Shown here: in pieces, positions 35,546 to 47,434 of the stretch
Numbering within the stretch: position 1 is the stretch's first letter
How the letters are laid out: every line of letters starts with the position of its first letter
Program-made: the position numbers and the translations under genes
The notes under the pieces: generated by a model
Told to the model about the DNA's origin: nothing
The model's input: only the letters and a program-made list of their open reading frames with translations
The model's database searches: none
From: Malacoraja senta
Taxonomy: Eukaryota
DNA: 64,000 nt
Direction: 5' to 3'
NCBI GenBank assembly: GCA_038087875.1
Contig: CM075995.1
Location: 7,132,001 to 7,196,000 of the forward strand

Positions 35546-38449
35546 TCAAGTCAAGTCAATTTTATTTCTATAGCACATTTAAAAACAACTCTCGTTGACC
35601 AAAGTGCTTCACATCAGTGCAGGTACTAACGTGCAACATACAGTGGTACATAGATCTAACAATACAAACATAAATACATACATACAGCGCTCCCTCAAAG
35701 GTCGTCAAGAAACGCTCGTGAGTAGAAATAAGTTTTAAGTCTCGACTTAAAAGAGTTGATGGAGGGGGCAGTTCTAATGGGAAGGGGGATGCTGTTCCAT
35801 AGTCTAGGAGCTGCAACCGCAAAGGCGCGGTCGCCCCTGAGCTTATGCCTAGACCGCGGGATGGTCAGTAACCCCAAGTCGGCCGATCTGAGGGACCTGG
35901 AGGTTGTATGGTGGGAAAGCAGACTTTTGATGTAGGTGGGGGAAAGCCCGTTAAGGGCTTTGTAAACATAAAGGAGGAGCTTGAAATTGATTCTGAACCG
36001 CATTGGGAGCCAGTGGAGAGAGGCCAGAATCGGAGTGATGTGGTCCCTTTTTCTGATGCCCGTCAGGAGTCTCGCTGTGCGTTTTGAATCAATTGCAGGC
36101 GGGACAGGGAAGATTGGTTGATGCCAGTGTAAAGGGAGTTGCAGTAATCAAGCGGGAGGAGATAAATGCGGGGATGATCTTTTCGAGGTCATCAAACTGG
36201 AGGAATGGTTTGATTTTAGCTATCGTGCTAAGCTGAAAGAAGCTAGCTTTTACCACAGCATTGACTTGTTTGTCAAACTTCAATGCGGAGTCAAATATCA
36301 CGTCAAGGTTTTTGACGTGAGGTTTGAGTAAGGGGATAAGGCTTCTAAGGCTGCCTGCTATCATTTTGATGGAGTCCGAGGGGCCGAGTAGGATGACCTC
36401 AGACTTACTCTCGTTTAGTTGGAGGAAGTTCTGGGCCATCCAACACTTTATATCCTCGAGGCAGTGCATAAGGCTGAGTAGATTAGATCGGTTGTTGGGC
36501 TTCAGGGGGAGATAGAGCTGTGTATCGTCTGCGTAGCAGTGGAAGAAATGCCGTGCCTTTGAATGACTTGGCCTAAGGGAGCATATACAGGGAGAATAGA
36601 ATGGGGCCTAGGATGGAGCCTTGTGGAACCCCGCAGCAAAGGCTCGCTGGGGAAGAGAGAGTTGCTTATGTTTGTAGAGAAACTCCTATCTTTGAGGTAG
36701 GAGACGAACCAGCTCAGGGCAGTGCCATCAATACCAACCCCGTACCGGAGACGGTCAATTCGGATAATGTGTCCACTGTATCAAATGCTGCAGTGAGGTC
36801 GAGAAGAGCAGGATTGCACAGTCGCTGGAGTCAATGGCGAGAAGCAGGTCGTTATGTACCTTCAACAAGGCAGACTCTGTGCTGTGGTGGGCCCTGAAAC
36901 CTGATTGGAAACTTTCCAGGATGGTATTTTGGTGTAGGTAAGGCATTAGTTGATTTAAAATTACCTTTTCAAGGACTTTTGAAAGGAAAGGCAGTTTGGA
37001 AATAGGTCTGTAGTTGCTAGGCAAGGTGGGGTCTAGGTTAGGTTTTTTCAGGAGGGGCTGGACCACCGCGTGCTTGAAGCAGGTAGGAACAGCGCCAGTG
37101 GCCAGAGAACTGTTGATGATAGCGAGGATGCTGGACCGGCTATTGCAATGACATCCTTCAGAAGGGCAGTGGGGACAACGTCGAGGGGCAGGTAGCAGGT
37201 TTCATGGTGGTGACCAGCTTTACAAGGGAGGTAGAGTAACGGGTTGGAAACAGTCTAATCTAGAAGAACAGACTAATGAGACAGCTAGGTCACGGATGGG
37301 AGGGGAAATATTCGTTCTGATGTTCTTACCTTTGCTGGTGAAAAATGTAGTAAATTCTTCGCACTTAGCAGGGGACCCAGCAAGCTGGTACTGGGGGCAG
37401 GACTATGACAGAGGTATGGTACTAAATAGGACCTTGGAGTTATGGGCGTTTTTGGAAAAAGGTCGGAAAAGTATTAGTGTTCTCGCAGACTTTACTGCTT
37501 CCTGGTATTTGAGAAGATTGTTTCTCAGAAGATGAAAGGAAATTTGAAGCTTATCAGATTTATACTTCCGTTCTGATTTTCTGCATTCTCTTCTTAGGGT
37601 CTGGTGGTGTCATTGAGCCAGGGCCAGCCTTTAGGCTTAGGCTTTTTCATTTAAGAGGAGCAACAGAATCCAGGATAGAAGAACAAGTGGTATTGAATAA
37701 AGACCATCTCGTCGGTGCTGAGATGGAGCGGAGACGCCTCGATGGTGCAGATGCCGGGAGCCGCAGAGAACTTACTGGCCGTCGAAGAGTTTACGTAGCG
37801 GGAGTAGCGAGCAGGGAGATGGGATTTGAGGGAGAGAAAGGCAGAGATGCATCGAATAGAATTGCACTATGATCAGACAGACAGGCATCAATAAATTTCT
37901 GTAGACCAGACGATAGCACCAGGTCGAGTGTATGGCCAAGCTTGTGTGTGGTTCCAGTGGTAAGTAGAGTCAGATTGAAGGACTCAACCAGGTTCATAAA
38001 TTCACTCACAAGAGGCTTAGTGGGACAGCAGACATGAATGTTAAAGTCACCAAGAATCAGGACTCGGTCAAATTCGGGCAACAAGCTAGCGATAAGATCA
38101 GCAAATTGTGTGATAAAGCCCTTATGCGTTTTGGTGGCAATACACAAGAACAATTAAAAGTGGACAGATTAGACCAACTATAATTAGTTGATGTTCAAAA
38201 CTGGAGAAATGATCATCGTTCAGAAGGTGGCAGTTGAAATGTTTCTTAAACACAGTGGCCCCACCGCAACCGGAGAGCCTGGGCCAGCTGAAAAAGTTAC
38301 AGGTATCAGGGCAGAGTTCCACCAGTGGAACAAGCTCACCAGATTAAGCCAGGTTTCTGTGACCAGTAGGAAGTCCAATCCCACGTGCGGTGAAGAAGTC
38401 GTTGAGGATGAAGGTTTTGTTCAGCACGGATCTCGCGTTGATCAGGGCT
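35546..38449 (-). pseudogene. L2-clade LINE, near-complete ORF2 (APE endonuclease plus RT), many frameshifts, nested in a CR1 fragment
   Basis: [89 protein letters not shown]. Confidence 0.95.
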
Positions 38450-39065
38450 CTTAATTAAATCTTTTCCCCTTCACCTTGAACCTATGTCCTCTGGTCCTCG
38501 ATTCACTTACTCTGGGCAAGAGACTCTGTGCATCTAGCCGATCTATTCCCCTCATGATTTTATACACCTCTATATAATCACCCGTCATCCTTCTGCTCCC
38601 AGCCTGCTCAACCTCTCCAATAGCTCAGATCTCTAGTCCTGGCAACATCCTCGTAAATCTTCTCTGCACCCTTTCCAACTTGACAACATCTTTCCTATAA
38701 TGTGGTGCCCAGAACTGAACACAATTCTCTAAATGCGGTCTCACGACATCTTGTACAACTGCAACATGGCCTCCCAACTTCTATACTCAATACTGTACCA
38801 AAAGCCTTTTGACCACCTTATCCACCTGCGACTCGACCTTCAAGGAACCATGCACCTGCACTCCTAGATCCCTCTGCTCTACAACACTACCCAGAGGCCC
38901 ACCGAGTCCGCGTTGACCAGCAATCACCCCGTACACTAGCACCATCCTACACTGGGGATAATTTACATAGCTAATTAACCTACAAAACTGTACGTCTTTG
39001 GAATGTGGGAGGAAACCGGAGCACCAGGTGAAAACCCACGCAGGTCACGGGGAGAACTTACAAAG

Positions 39066-40101
39066 TAGGTATGTTACAAAACTTACCTTCAGTCGCGCTG
39101 TAATTCTGCCACTGGCCGTGTGCGCGATTTTGGCGCCTTTAAGGGGGGGGCGGGGTTAAAACGCGGTTTCTCCTCCCTTGTCCTGGAAATATTTTGTTGG
39201 AGTACAAACCTTCGCTGACAAAATCGTTCCTACCGCCGTTTTGTGAATTTTTTTTTAAAATTAATGTCAGCGCTAGAGTAATTTTAAAAGCAGCTCCTGA
39301 AGCGTCAACGCCAATAACGGGGACGGATTTCACACAATGGACAGGTAAACGAAAGTGCTTTCTTTAAATGTATAAAAGTGCTTCTTAAGAAGCCTTTTAA
39401 TTCACATTTTGTCATGCGACACGGTGATTTTATTCCCCGAATTAACGGGCAGTATTTTTCATGCCAATACGGGGTTAAATTCACCGCAAATGAACGTTCC
39501 AAAAGATCGCGTTCCAGAAATTCTCACTCGCAAGATGAATTAAATCCCCATTAATTTACAGGTATTAAACATTCAATTCCTTCCATTTGGCCTGTAAATT
39601 CATGAAAATTAGATTTAAAAATTATGTTATATTGTGAATTATTGTGTGAATGTTATTTGGACACTTAGGCTATTTAAAAATGTTAATCTATTCTTAAGAA
39701 ATTGATAGATGTTTAGATCTAGTAATTGAATTTTGTAATTAGCTACAATTAGGTAACCTAACTAATTATATGCTTTACTTTCATGTCTTCGAAGTAGAGA
39801 TTGTTCCATATTTGTTTCAGAATGCTTCAATCTATAATACCTGAACATTTCTTTCAGTTACCATAATTTTTAAGAAAGTTATGGCTTTTAACTGTCCTCG
39901 ATCACAGCTTTTGTGTTAAGTCAATGGAAAAGCAATAGGGAACTAGATGCTAATTTCTGAGTATGATAATGGCCATAACTTTTTTAATACTGAAGATATG
40001 AAAGTGAATTAAGTGTCAAATTAAACTTCTTTTTATGCTTTATCTGATGGGATAAATTGCAGACTTTATTTTTTAAATCTCAAAATTTTGTAACATTGCT
40101 A
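39066..40101 (+). mobile_element. Non-autonomous DNA transposon (hAT-like, 7-bp TSD), inserted in a V-SINE
   Basis: TAGGTATGTTACAA...TTGTAACATTGCTA; TSD tacaaag. Confidence 0.9.
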
Positions 40102-40508
40102 TACAAAGCACCCATCGTCAGGATCGAACCTGGGTCTCTGGCGCTGTGAGACAGCAGCTCTACCGCTGTGCCGATGTGCCCCCCCCTACTGAATACTCTG
40201 ACTGATGGAGGCCAATGTGTCGAGAGACCTTTTAAACCCCCTATCCACCAGGTGAGGCCACTTTCAAGGAAGTCAGTGGAGGTGGGACGTGTGTAGATGG
40301 GGCATGATGGTCGGCACGGGCGAGTTGGGCCGCAGGGCCTGTTCCCACGCTGTGTGGCTCTCGGACTCTCTGTTCTATGTGTACTGTACCAGTTAAAGGA
40401 ACAGCATTAGTGCTGATAATTACATCCCAACAGGGTGGTTATATCATAGCGCGAATGGCCAGCACCAGCCCACCACGTACCCACTGCCAGTTCTCCTGTG
40501 GATCTTAC

Positions 40509-40780
40509 CCTGCCGATCAGAGCCATCGAGCTGAGCCGACTTCACAACCCTCTAAGCGTGAGATCTGATCAAAGGGCATCATGGCCACGAGGGGATTAAG
40601 CCAGTCTGGAGATTAATTAGCCACACAGCGGGTGAAGGGCAGCCTGATGTAAATGCACACTGTCCTTTCAGGCAGCTCCCACGGCCACATGAGGCGCCTC
40701 GAGGCAATGCAGCCGCGCGCTAACCTCTTTATGCTTGGCCTGGCCTGGCCGGAGTGCACGTGACATTGAGATTTACACTT
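40509..40780 (-). promoter_or_regulatory. Unique island: candidate promoter/first exon or enhancer
   Basis: AGG|gtaaga donor at 40508; TAATCC (40593-98), TAATCT/CTAATTA (40610-20), GATCAAAGG (40567-75), CACGTGAC (40757-64). Confidence 0.4.
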
Positions 40781-40857
40781 GAGGGATGCGGTGCGGAAAC
40801 GGGCCCTTCGGCCCACCGAGTCCGTGCCGACCAGCCATCATCCCGCACACCAGCACT

Positions 40858-41296
40858 GAGAGAATGGAGCAGCTGGGCTTGTACACTCTGGAGTTTAGAA
40901 GGATGAGAAGGCATCTCATTGAAACATATAAGATTGTTCAGGGTTTGGACACGCTAGCGGCAGGAAACATGTTCCCGATGTTGGGGGAGTCCAGAACCAG
41001 GGGCCACAGTTTAAGAATAAGGAGCAAGCCATTTAGAACGGAGACGAGGAAACACCTTTTCTCACAGAGAGTGGTGAGTCTGTGGAATTCTCTGCCTCAG
41101 AGGGCGGTGGAGGCAGGTTCTCTGGATGCTTTCAAGAGAGGAGCTAGATAATGCTCTTAAAAAAAGTGGAGTCAGGGGATATGGGGAGAAGGTAGGAAAC
41201 GGGGTACTGATTGGGGATGATCAGCCATGATCACATTGAATGGCGGTGCTGGCTGGAAGGGCCGAATGGCCTACTCCTGCACCTATTGTCTATTGT
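40858..41296 (+). mobile_element. CR1/HER1 3' fragment
   Basis: ERMEQLGLYTLEFRRMR..RVVSLWNSLPQRAVEA. Confidence 0.88.
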
Positions 41297-41639
41297 CGAT
41301 CCTACACACACTGGGGACAATTTGCAATGTTTACTGAAGCCAATCGACCTACAAAACCTGCACATCTTTGGAGTGCGGGAGGGAAACCGGAGCACCGGGA
41401 GAAAACCCACGCAGGTCCCGGGGAGAATGTGCAAACACTGTGCAGACAGTACCCGTAGTCAGGATATCCAGGCCCTTCAGAGATGCTGCCTGACCCGCTG
41501 AGTTACTCCGACACTTTGTGCTCCATGCTGGATTCCAGCGTCAGCAGTTCATTGTGTCCTCCACCATGTTAGTAGCAATTTTTTATTCCAGGAGAGGCTT
41601 TTGTTGCCTCTACCCACGTCCTCCAAGGTCCTCTAGGTG

Positions 41640-41930
41640 TAGGGTTGCCAACGTTCTCACTCCCAAATAAGGGACAAAAGGTCAAAATACGGGACAAATT
41701 CCCCGACGGCAATTCGTTGACCGACTAGGCCGTGGCTGGGTGAATGATGAGTTGCTGGACTGCACACAAAGCCCAGCCGGCAGGCCCAGCTGAGGAGTTT
41801 TGGGCCCGGGCTGCGCGGCGTCGTGCGCAAAATCCGGCGCCCCATCCAACTCATGAACGATGATCGGCCATGAGAAGGAGGGGTGGTGGTGGTGTCGGCG
41901 GTAAGCGAAGGTCGAAGGTCGGACAGCAAA
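41640..41930 (+). mobile_element. hAT (Blackjack-like) non-autonomous fragment
   Basis: TAGGGTTGCCAAC terminus with gggaca subterminal repeats; other end not found. Confidence 0.5.
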
Positions 41931-41969
41931 ATTATTCACTTTGAAATAGATCTTCACCTACGAATCAGA

Positions 41970-42500
41970 CACAGAGTGCTGGAGTAACTCAGCGGGTCGG
42001 GCAGCATCTCTGGAGAACATGGATAGGTGACGTTTCACAGAATGCTGGAGTAACTCAGCGGGTCGGGCAGCATCTGTGGAGAACATGGATAGGTGACGTT
42101 TCACAGAGTGCTGGAGTAACTCAGCGGGTCAGGCAGCATCTGTGGAGAACATGGATAGGTGACGTTTCACAGAGTGCTGGAGTAACTCAGCGGGTCAGGC
42201 AGCATCTCTGGAGAACATGGAGAGGTGACCTTTTCACAGAGTGCTGGAGTAACTCAGCGGGTCAGGCAGCATCTGTGGAGAACATGGATAGGTGACGTTT
42301 CACAGAGTGCTGGAGTAACTCAGCGGGTCAGGCAGCATCTCTGGAGAACATGGAGAGGTGACCTTTTCACAGAGTGCTGGAGTAACTCAGCGGGTCAGGC
42401 AGCATCTCTGGAGAACATGGATAGGTGACGTTTCACAAAGTGCTGGAGTAACTCAGCGGGTTAGGCAGCAACTCTGGAGAACATGGATAGCTGACGTTTC
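41970..42500 (-). repeat. 66/67-bp minisatellite (8 units) derived from the Penelope terminal repeat
   Basis: Unit acagagtgctggagtaactcagcgggtcaggcagcatctctggagaacatggataggtgacgtttc. Confidence 0.95.
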
Positions 42501-42813
42501 TACTATTCTACTATTCCTTATGACCTCCAGAGATGCTGCCTGTCCCGCTGAGTTACTCCAGCATTTTGTGTGTGTCTTCGGTTTTAACCAGCATCTGCAG
42601 TTCCTTCCTCCGCAGAAAATCCATCCATTTTTTTTTGTAAATTTATGATATCTGATACAATACCCTATTAATTTAGGAATCTTGGATGTTATTCTAATCG
42701 CTAATAGGGTGTATAATCGAGGCCCCAACACAGATCACTTTGGGGTAGTGTTTCACAAAGAGTTTGTTGTATCTGGAATGAGCTGCCAGAGGTGGTGGAA
42801 GCAAGAAGAGTTA

Positions 42814-42993
42814 AAGGCCTGTCCCACTTGGTGATTTTTTTGCGGCGTGATACGGCGTGATGACACGCGGCGTTTTTTCAAGTGTCGTAACTTTTTTTGT
42901 CGCCGCTGGATTTTGAAATGTTCAAAAATCTTTTGCGACACTGATATGATGCCCGGCAGTCGCCGAAAAAAAGCGCCAAGTCGGACAGGCCCT
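42814..42993. mobile_element. PIF/Harbinger-type MITE (short)
   Basis: AGGCCTGTCCCACTTGG / CCAAGTCGGACAGGCCCT with TWA flanks. Confidence 0.8.
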
Positions 42994-43271
42994 TAACATT
43001 TTTAAGAGGCATGGACAGGACACAGGCACATGCACAGTTAATGCAGACAAGTGGGATTAACAGTTTAGTTTAGCTTAGTTTTAGTTTCAGAGATACAGCG
43101 CGGAAACAGTCCCTTCGGCCCACCGAGCCCGCGCCGACCAGCGATCACCCTGTACACTAGCACTATCCTACACGTTGAGGACAATTTACAATCTTTTTAC
43201 CGAAGCCATTAACTTACAAACCTGTACGTCTTTGGAGTGTGGAGGAAACCGGAGATCCTGGAGAAAATCCA

Positions 43272-43650
43272 CTGCCGGTTCGTATGGGGCCAAAATCACA
43301 TTATCGCCAAAGAAATTTTGATTAAAGTCATTCTAAGAAGCAAGTTTATATGTAAAATAAACGACTTACATTTTGTTTTGTTCCCTACGTGAGATTGTAG
43401 GCGTTGACGGCGTTAGAAGTAGCTTTTTATTTTACTCCTGGGATTAAATTGTTCCGCGATTTAAAAAAAAAAATTCCGAGAACGGAAGTCGGAACGATTT
43501 TTCTGCAGCAGCTTAACAGCCTGAGGAAATTCGACTCCGACAGGCAGGAGAAAACAGCATTTTAATCCCCCCACCAAAGGCGCCAAAGTCGCGCACACGG
43601 CCAGTGGCAGAATTGCAGCACCGCTGAAGGTAAGTATTGTAACATTGCTA
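43272..43650 (-). mobile_element. Truncated relative of the 7-bp-TSD transposon (duplicated at ~51424-51693)
   Basis: ggcgccaaagtcgcgcacacggccagtggcagaattg..gaaggtaagtattgtaacattgcta. Confidence 0.75.
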
Positions 43651-43652
43651 GG

Positions 43653-43897
43653 TAGGGTTGCCAACTGTCCCGTATTAGCCGGGACATCCCGTATTTCGGG
43701 CTAAATTGGTTTGTCCCGTACGGGACCGCCCTTGTCCCATATTTGACCGCTACTGCTCTGGTCGAGGGGACTGTCGGGTCGGAGCGCCGGGTCCGGCCCC
43801 GCCTCACCCGTCCCGACGTGGTGCAGCCATGGAGTGCAAGCAGCAGCAGCAGCAGCGTCTCGCCCGTAGCCCCGTCGGTCGGCAGCCCGGCCAGCTT
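43653..43897 (+). mobile_element. hAT Blackjack-like fragment (duplicated at ~51696-51940)
   Basis: TAGGGTTGCCAACTGTCCCGTATTAGCCGGGACA terminus with tgtccc repeats. Confidence 0.6.
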
Positions 43898-46066
43898 AGT
43901 TTTCTGATGTAGATAGAAAATGCTGGAGAAACTCAGCGGGTGAGGCAGTATCGATGGAGAAAAGTAGGCGATGTTTCAGGTCGAGACCCTTCTTCAGACT
44001 GATGTTGGGGGGGGGGGAGACCCAGGTTCGATCCTGACTACGGGTGCTGTCTGTACGGAGTTTGTACCTTCTCCCCGTGACCTGCGTGGGTTTTCTCCGA
44101 GATCTTCGGCTTCCTCCCACATTCCAAAGACCTACCAGGTTTGTAGGTTAATTGGCTTGGTAAATGTAAACATTATCCCCAGTGGGTGTAGGACAGTGTT
44201 AGTGTGCGGGGATCGCTGGTCGGCCCGGACACGGTGGGCCGAAGGGCCTGTTTCTGCGCTGTATCTCTAATCTAAACTAAACTAATCTGCCTGTACATGA
44301 TCCTTATCCTTTTTTTTTCAAAAGGAGGAACCTTTAAGATACCTCAGTAGTGGTTACACGGTCAATGAAATGATAGATAAGTTTAATGTCAGCAATTCCT
44401 TCACTACGATCATCGTCCAGTTAGTAAATCTGATTGAGTGAGAAATCATGTGAAATTAATTAAATGGGAGGCGCCCTTGTCCCATATTTGACCGCTACTG
44501 CTCGGGGTCGAGGGGACTGTCGGGTCGGTAGAATTGGTGCGTGACAGCGCCGGGGACCCGGGTTCGATCCTGACCCCGGGTGCTGTCTGTACGGAGTTTG
44601 TACGTTCTCCCCGTGACCAGGTGGGTGCTCCAGTTTCCTCCCACATTGCAAAGACATGTAGGTTTGAAGGTCAATTAGCTTCTGTAAACTTATCCTTAAA
44701 TGTGTAGGATAGAGTGGGTGTACGGGGTGACCACTAGTCGGCGCGGACTGGGCGGGACGAAGGGCCTGTTTCCGCACTGCATCTACAAACTAAACCAAAC
44801 TCGTTCCAAACCCGCCCATATTAAATGAGTGTTGCAGCTAGTTAATATAATGCCATTAATGTAGATTGTCGAGTGCGGTTTAGTTTATTGTCACGTGTAC
44901 CGAGGTACAGTGAAAAGCTTTTGTCGCGCGCAAACAAGTCAGCGGAAAGACAATGCACGATTACAACCGAGCCATTCACAGTGTATAGATACATGCTACG
45001 GGAATTACGTTTAATGCAAGATCAAGCCAGCAAAGTCCGATCAAAGATAGTCCGAGGGGCTCCAAGGTGGTAGGTAGTAGTTCAGTAGAGAGAGGTTTAG
45101 TTTAGTTTAGTTTATACAGGGCGGAAACAGGCCCTTTGGCCCACCGCGTCCGCAGCCGACCAGCGATCCCCGCACACTAACACTATCTGACACACACCAG
45201 GGACCATTTTTACATTTACCAAGCCAATTAATCTACAAAAGCTGTACTTCTTTGGAGTGTGGGAGGAAACGGAAGATCTCGGAGCAAACCCACGCAGGTC
45301 ACGGGGAGAACGTACAAACTCCGTGCAGACAGCGCCCGTAGTCAGGATCGAACACGGGTCTCCGGCGCTGCACTCGTTGTAAAGCAAGCAACTCTACCAC
45401 TGCGCCACCGTGACCACCAGGTTCAGGAAGCTTTAAAGATAGTGGAGCCATGGGATATGGGGAGAAGGCAGGAACGGCGTACTGATTGGGGATGATCAGC
45501 CCATGATCACATTGAATGGCTGTGCTGGCTCGAAGGGCCGAATGGCCTACTCCTGCACCTATTGTCTATTGAAGCAATAAAATATTTTCAGAAATTTGAA
45601 ACAAGTGAGGTAAAAATGTCAGAGTATGACTTAATTGTTTTTTCTTTCCTGATGCTTAAAATGGAGTTGTATTTTTGAAGTGCCAAGCCAAATATTAGCT
45701 ACAGTGGAAGAATGATTCCATCTCATTCAGAATGCATGGTGTTTCGGGCACCACATAAATAAGGCAGACAGAAGCTTCATTGTAGGGGGGGGGGAACGCT
45801 CCTGACGTTTTCCGTCGGATGGCTGGTGGGTTAATTGGGCACAGTAAATAGTCTCTGATGAGCAACTGGGTAGTGGCGGCATCAGGAAATAGTTGTGTGT
45901 GTGTGGGAAGGAACTGCAGATGCTGGTTTACACTGAAGATAGACACAAAATGCTGGAGTAACTCAGGCGGCATCTCTGGAGAGATGGAAGGGGGTGACGT
46001 TTTCGGGTCGAGGCTTACTTCAGAGCTGAAACGTTACCCACTCCTCCTCTCTCTCTCTCTCTCCTC

Positions 46067-46101
<35 letters not shown>

Positions 46102-47245
46102 GAGAGAGAGAGAGAGAGAGAGCGAGATGCTGCCTGCCCAAGTTGAATTACTCCAGCATATTGTGTCTTTGGTGTAAACCGGCATCTGCAGTTCCTGTCT
46201 GAAGAAGGGTCTTGACTCGAAACGTTACCCATTCCTTCTCTCCAGAGACGCTGCCCGTCCCGCTGAGTTACTCCACGCGCACAGTTTAGAGGGAACATTG
46301 CCCGTGACCCCGGTGGGTTTTCCTCGGGTGCTCCAGTTTCCTCCCACACTCCAAAGACGTACATGCTTGGAGGCTAATTGAGTCTGAAAAAGGGCCTCGA
46401 CCCAAAACGTAACCCAATCCTTCTCTCCAGAGAGGCTGCCTGTCCGCTGAGTTACTCCAGCATTTTGTGTCTATCTTCGGTGGAAACCAGTGTCTGCAGT
46501 TCCTTCCCACACATATAAAGGTCTGTTGGCTGGCGTGGATCTCTGCTGGCGTTAGATGTCAGTGCTACTCCAGCAGGAGCTGAGCAGGAGACAGCAGACA
46601 GAGGCACCGCACCCTCCATCAACTAACGTGGCGATCTGCAAAACACTTTGACCTCACATTCTGTAGAGTTGCTGCCTCACAGCGCCAGAGACCCGGGATC
46701 GATCCTGACTCAAAGTTCCCTCTGATTTGTAGTCGTTCGAGTGCGCAGAAATCTTGTATTGTGCAGTTTTTTTAATGCTGTTACAAATGTGTGTGCGCGC
46801 TGAATTCTTATGCAAATAAAAACCTGAAATTGTTTCACGATATTTTTGCCATAGCCTCTCTCTCATGACTAATAAAACGGTATTGCCATGTTTTAATATA
46901 ATACAAATATTGTATTGGTAGAAATATGAATGCATTTATGAAGTTATGTATTCAGTTAAGATTTTAACCTGTCCTTGCATTGTTAAGATTTTATCTTATA
47001 CCTCATCACCCTCTCTCCCCCCATCTCTCTCTCTCTCTCTCCCTTCCTCTCTCCCCCTCCCTCTCTCCCTCTACCCCCTCTCTCTCTCTCCCTTCCTCTC
47101 CCCCCCCCCTCCCTCTCCTCTCCCTCCTCTCTCTCTGTTTCTTTATTTCTTTCATACCCTTCCTTTCCCCCCCCCCCCCCCCCCCAGGGACTAGTTCCCT
47201 CAGTCATTAGTGTTAAAGAAGGAACTGCAGATGCTGGAAAATCGA

Positions 47246-47434
47246 AGGTACACTAAAATGCTGGCAGAAACTCAGCGGGTGCAGCAGCATCTATGGAGCG
47301 AGGAAATAGGCAACGTTTCGGGCCGAAACCCTTCCTCAGTCTGAGGAAGGGTTTCGGCCCGAAAACGTTACCTATTTCCTTCACTCCATAGATGCTGCTG
47401 CACCCGCTGAGTTTCTCCAGCATTTTAGTGTACC
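47246..47434. repeat. Near-perfect ~190-bp palindrome of Penelope terminal repeats (duplicated at ~55280-55468)
   Basis: aggtacactaaaatgctgg..cttcctcag t ctgaggaag..ccagcattttagtgtacct. Confidence 0.92.

Noticed and set aside
35546..38449. Active L2 element
   Set aside because: Many frameshifts and no ORF1 or 5' end; some indels may be sequencing errors but it is truncated regardless.
4114..40526. Naming the candidate micro-exon gene PRCD, an opsin or a protamine
   Set aside because: Only superficial resemblance in size, composition or C-terminus; no diagnostic sequence match.
41970..42500. CRISPR-like array
   Set aside because: Contiguous near-identical units with no unique spacers, derived from the Penelope repeat.
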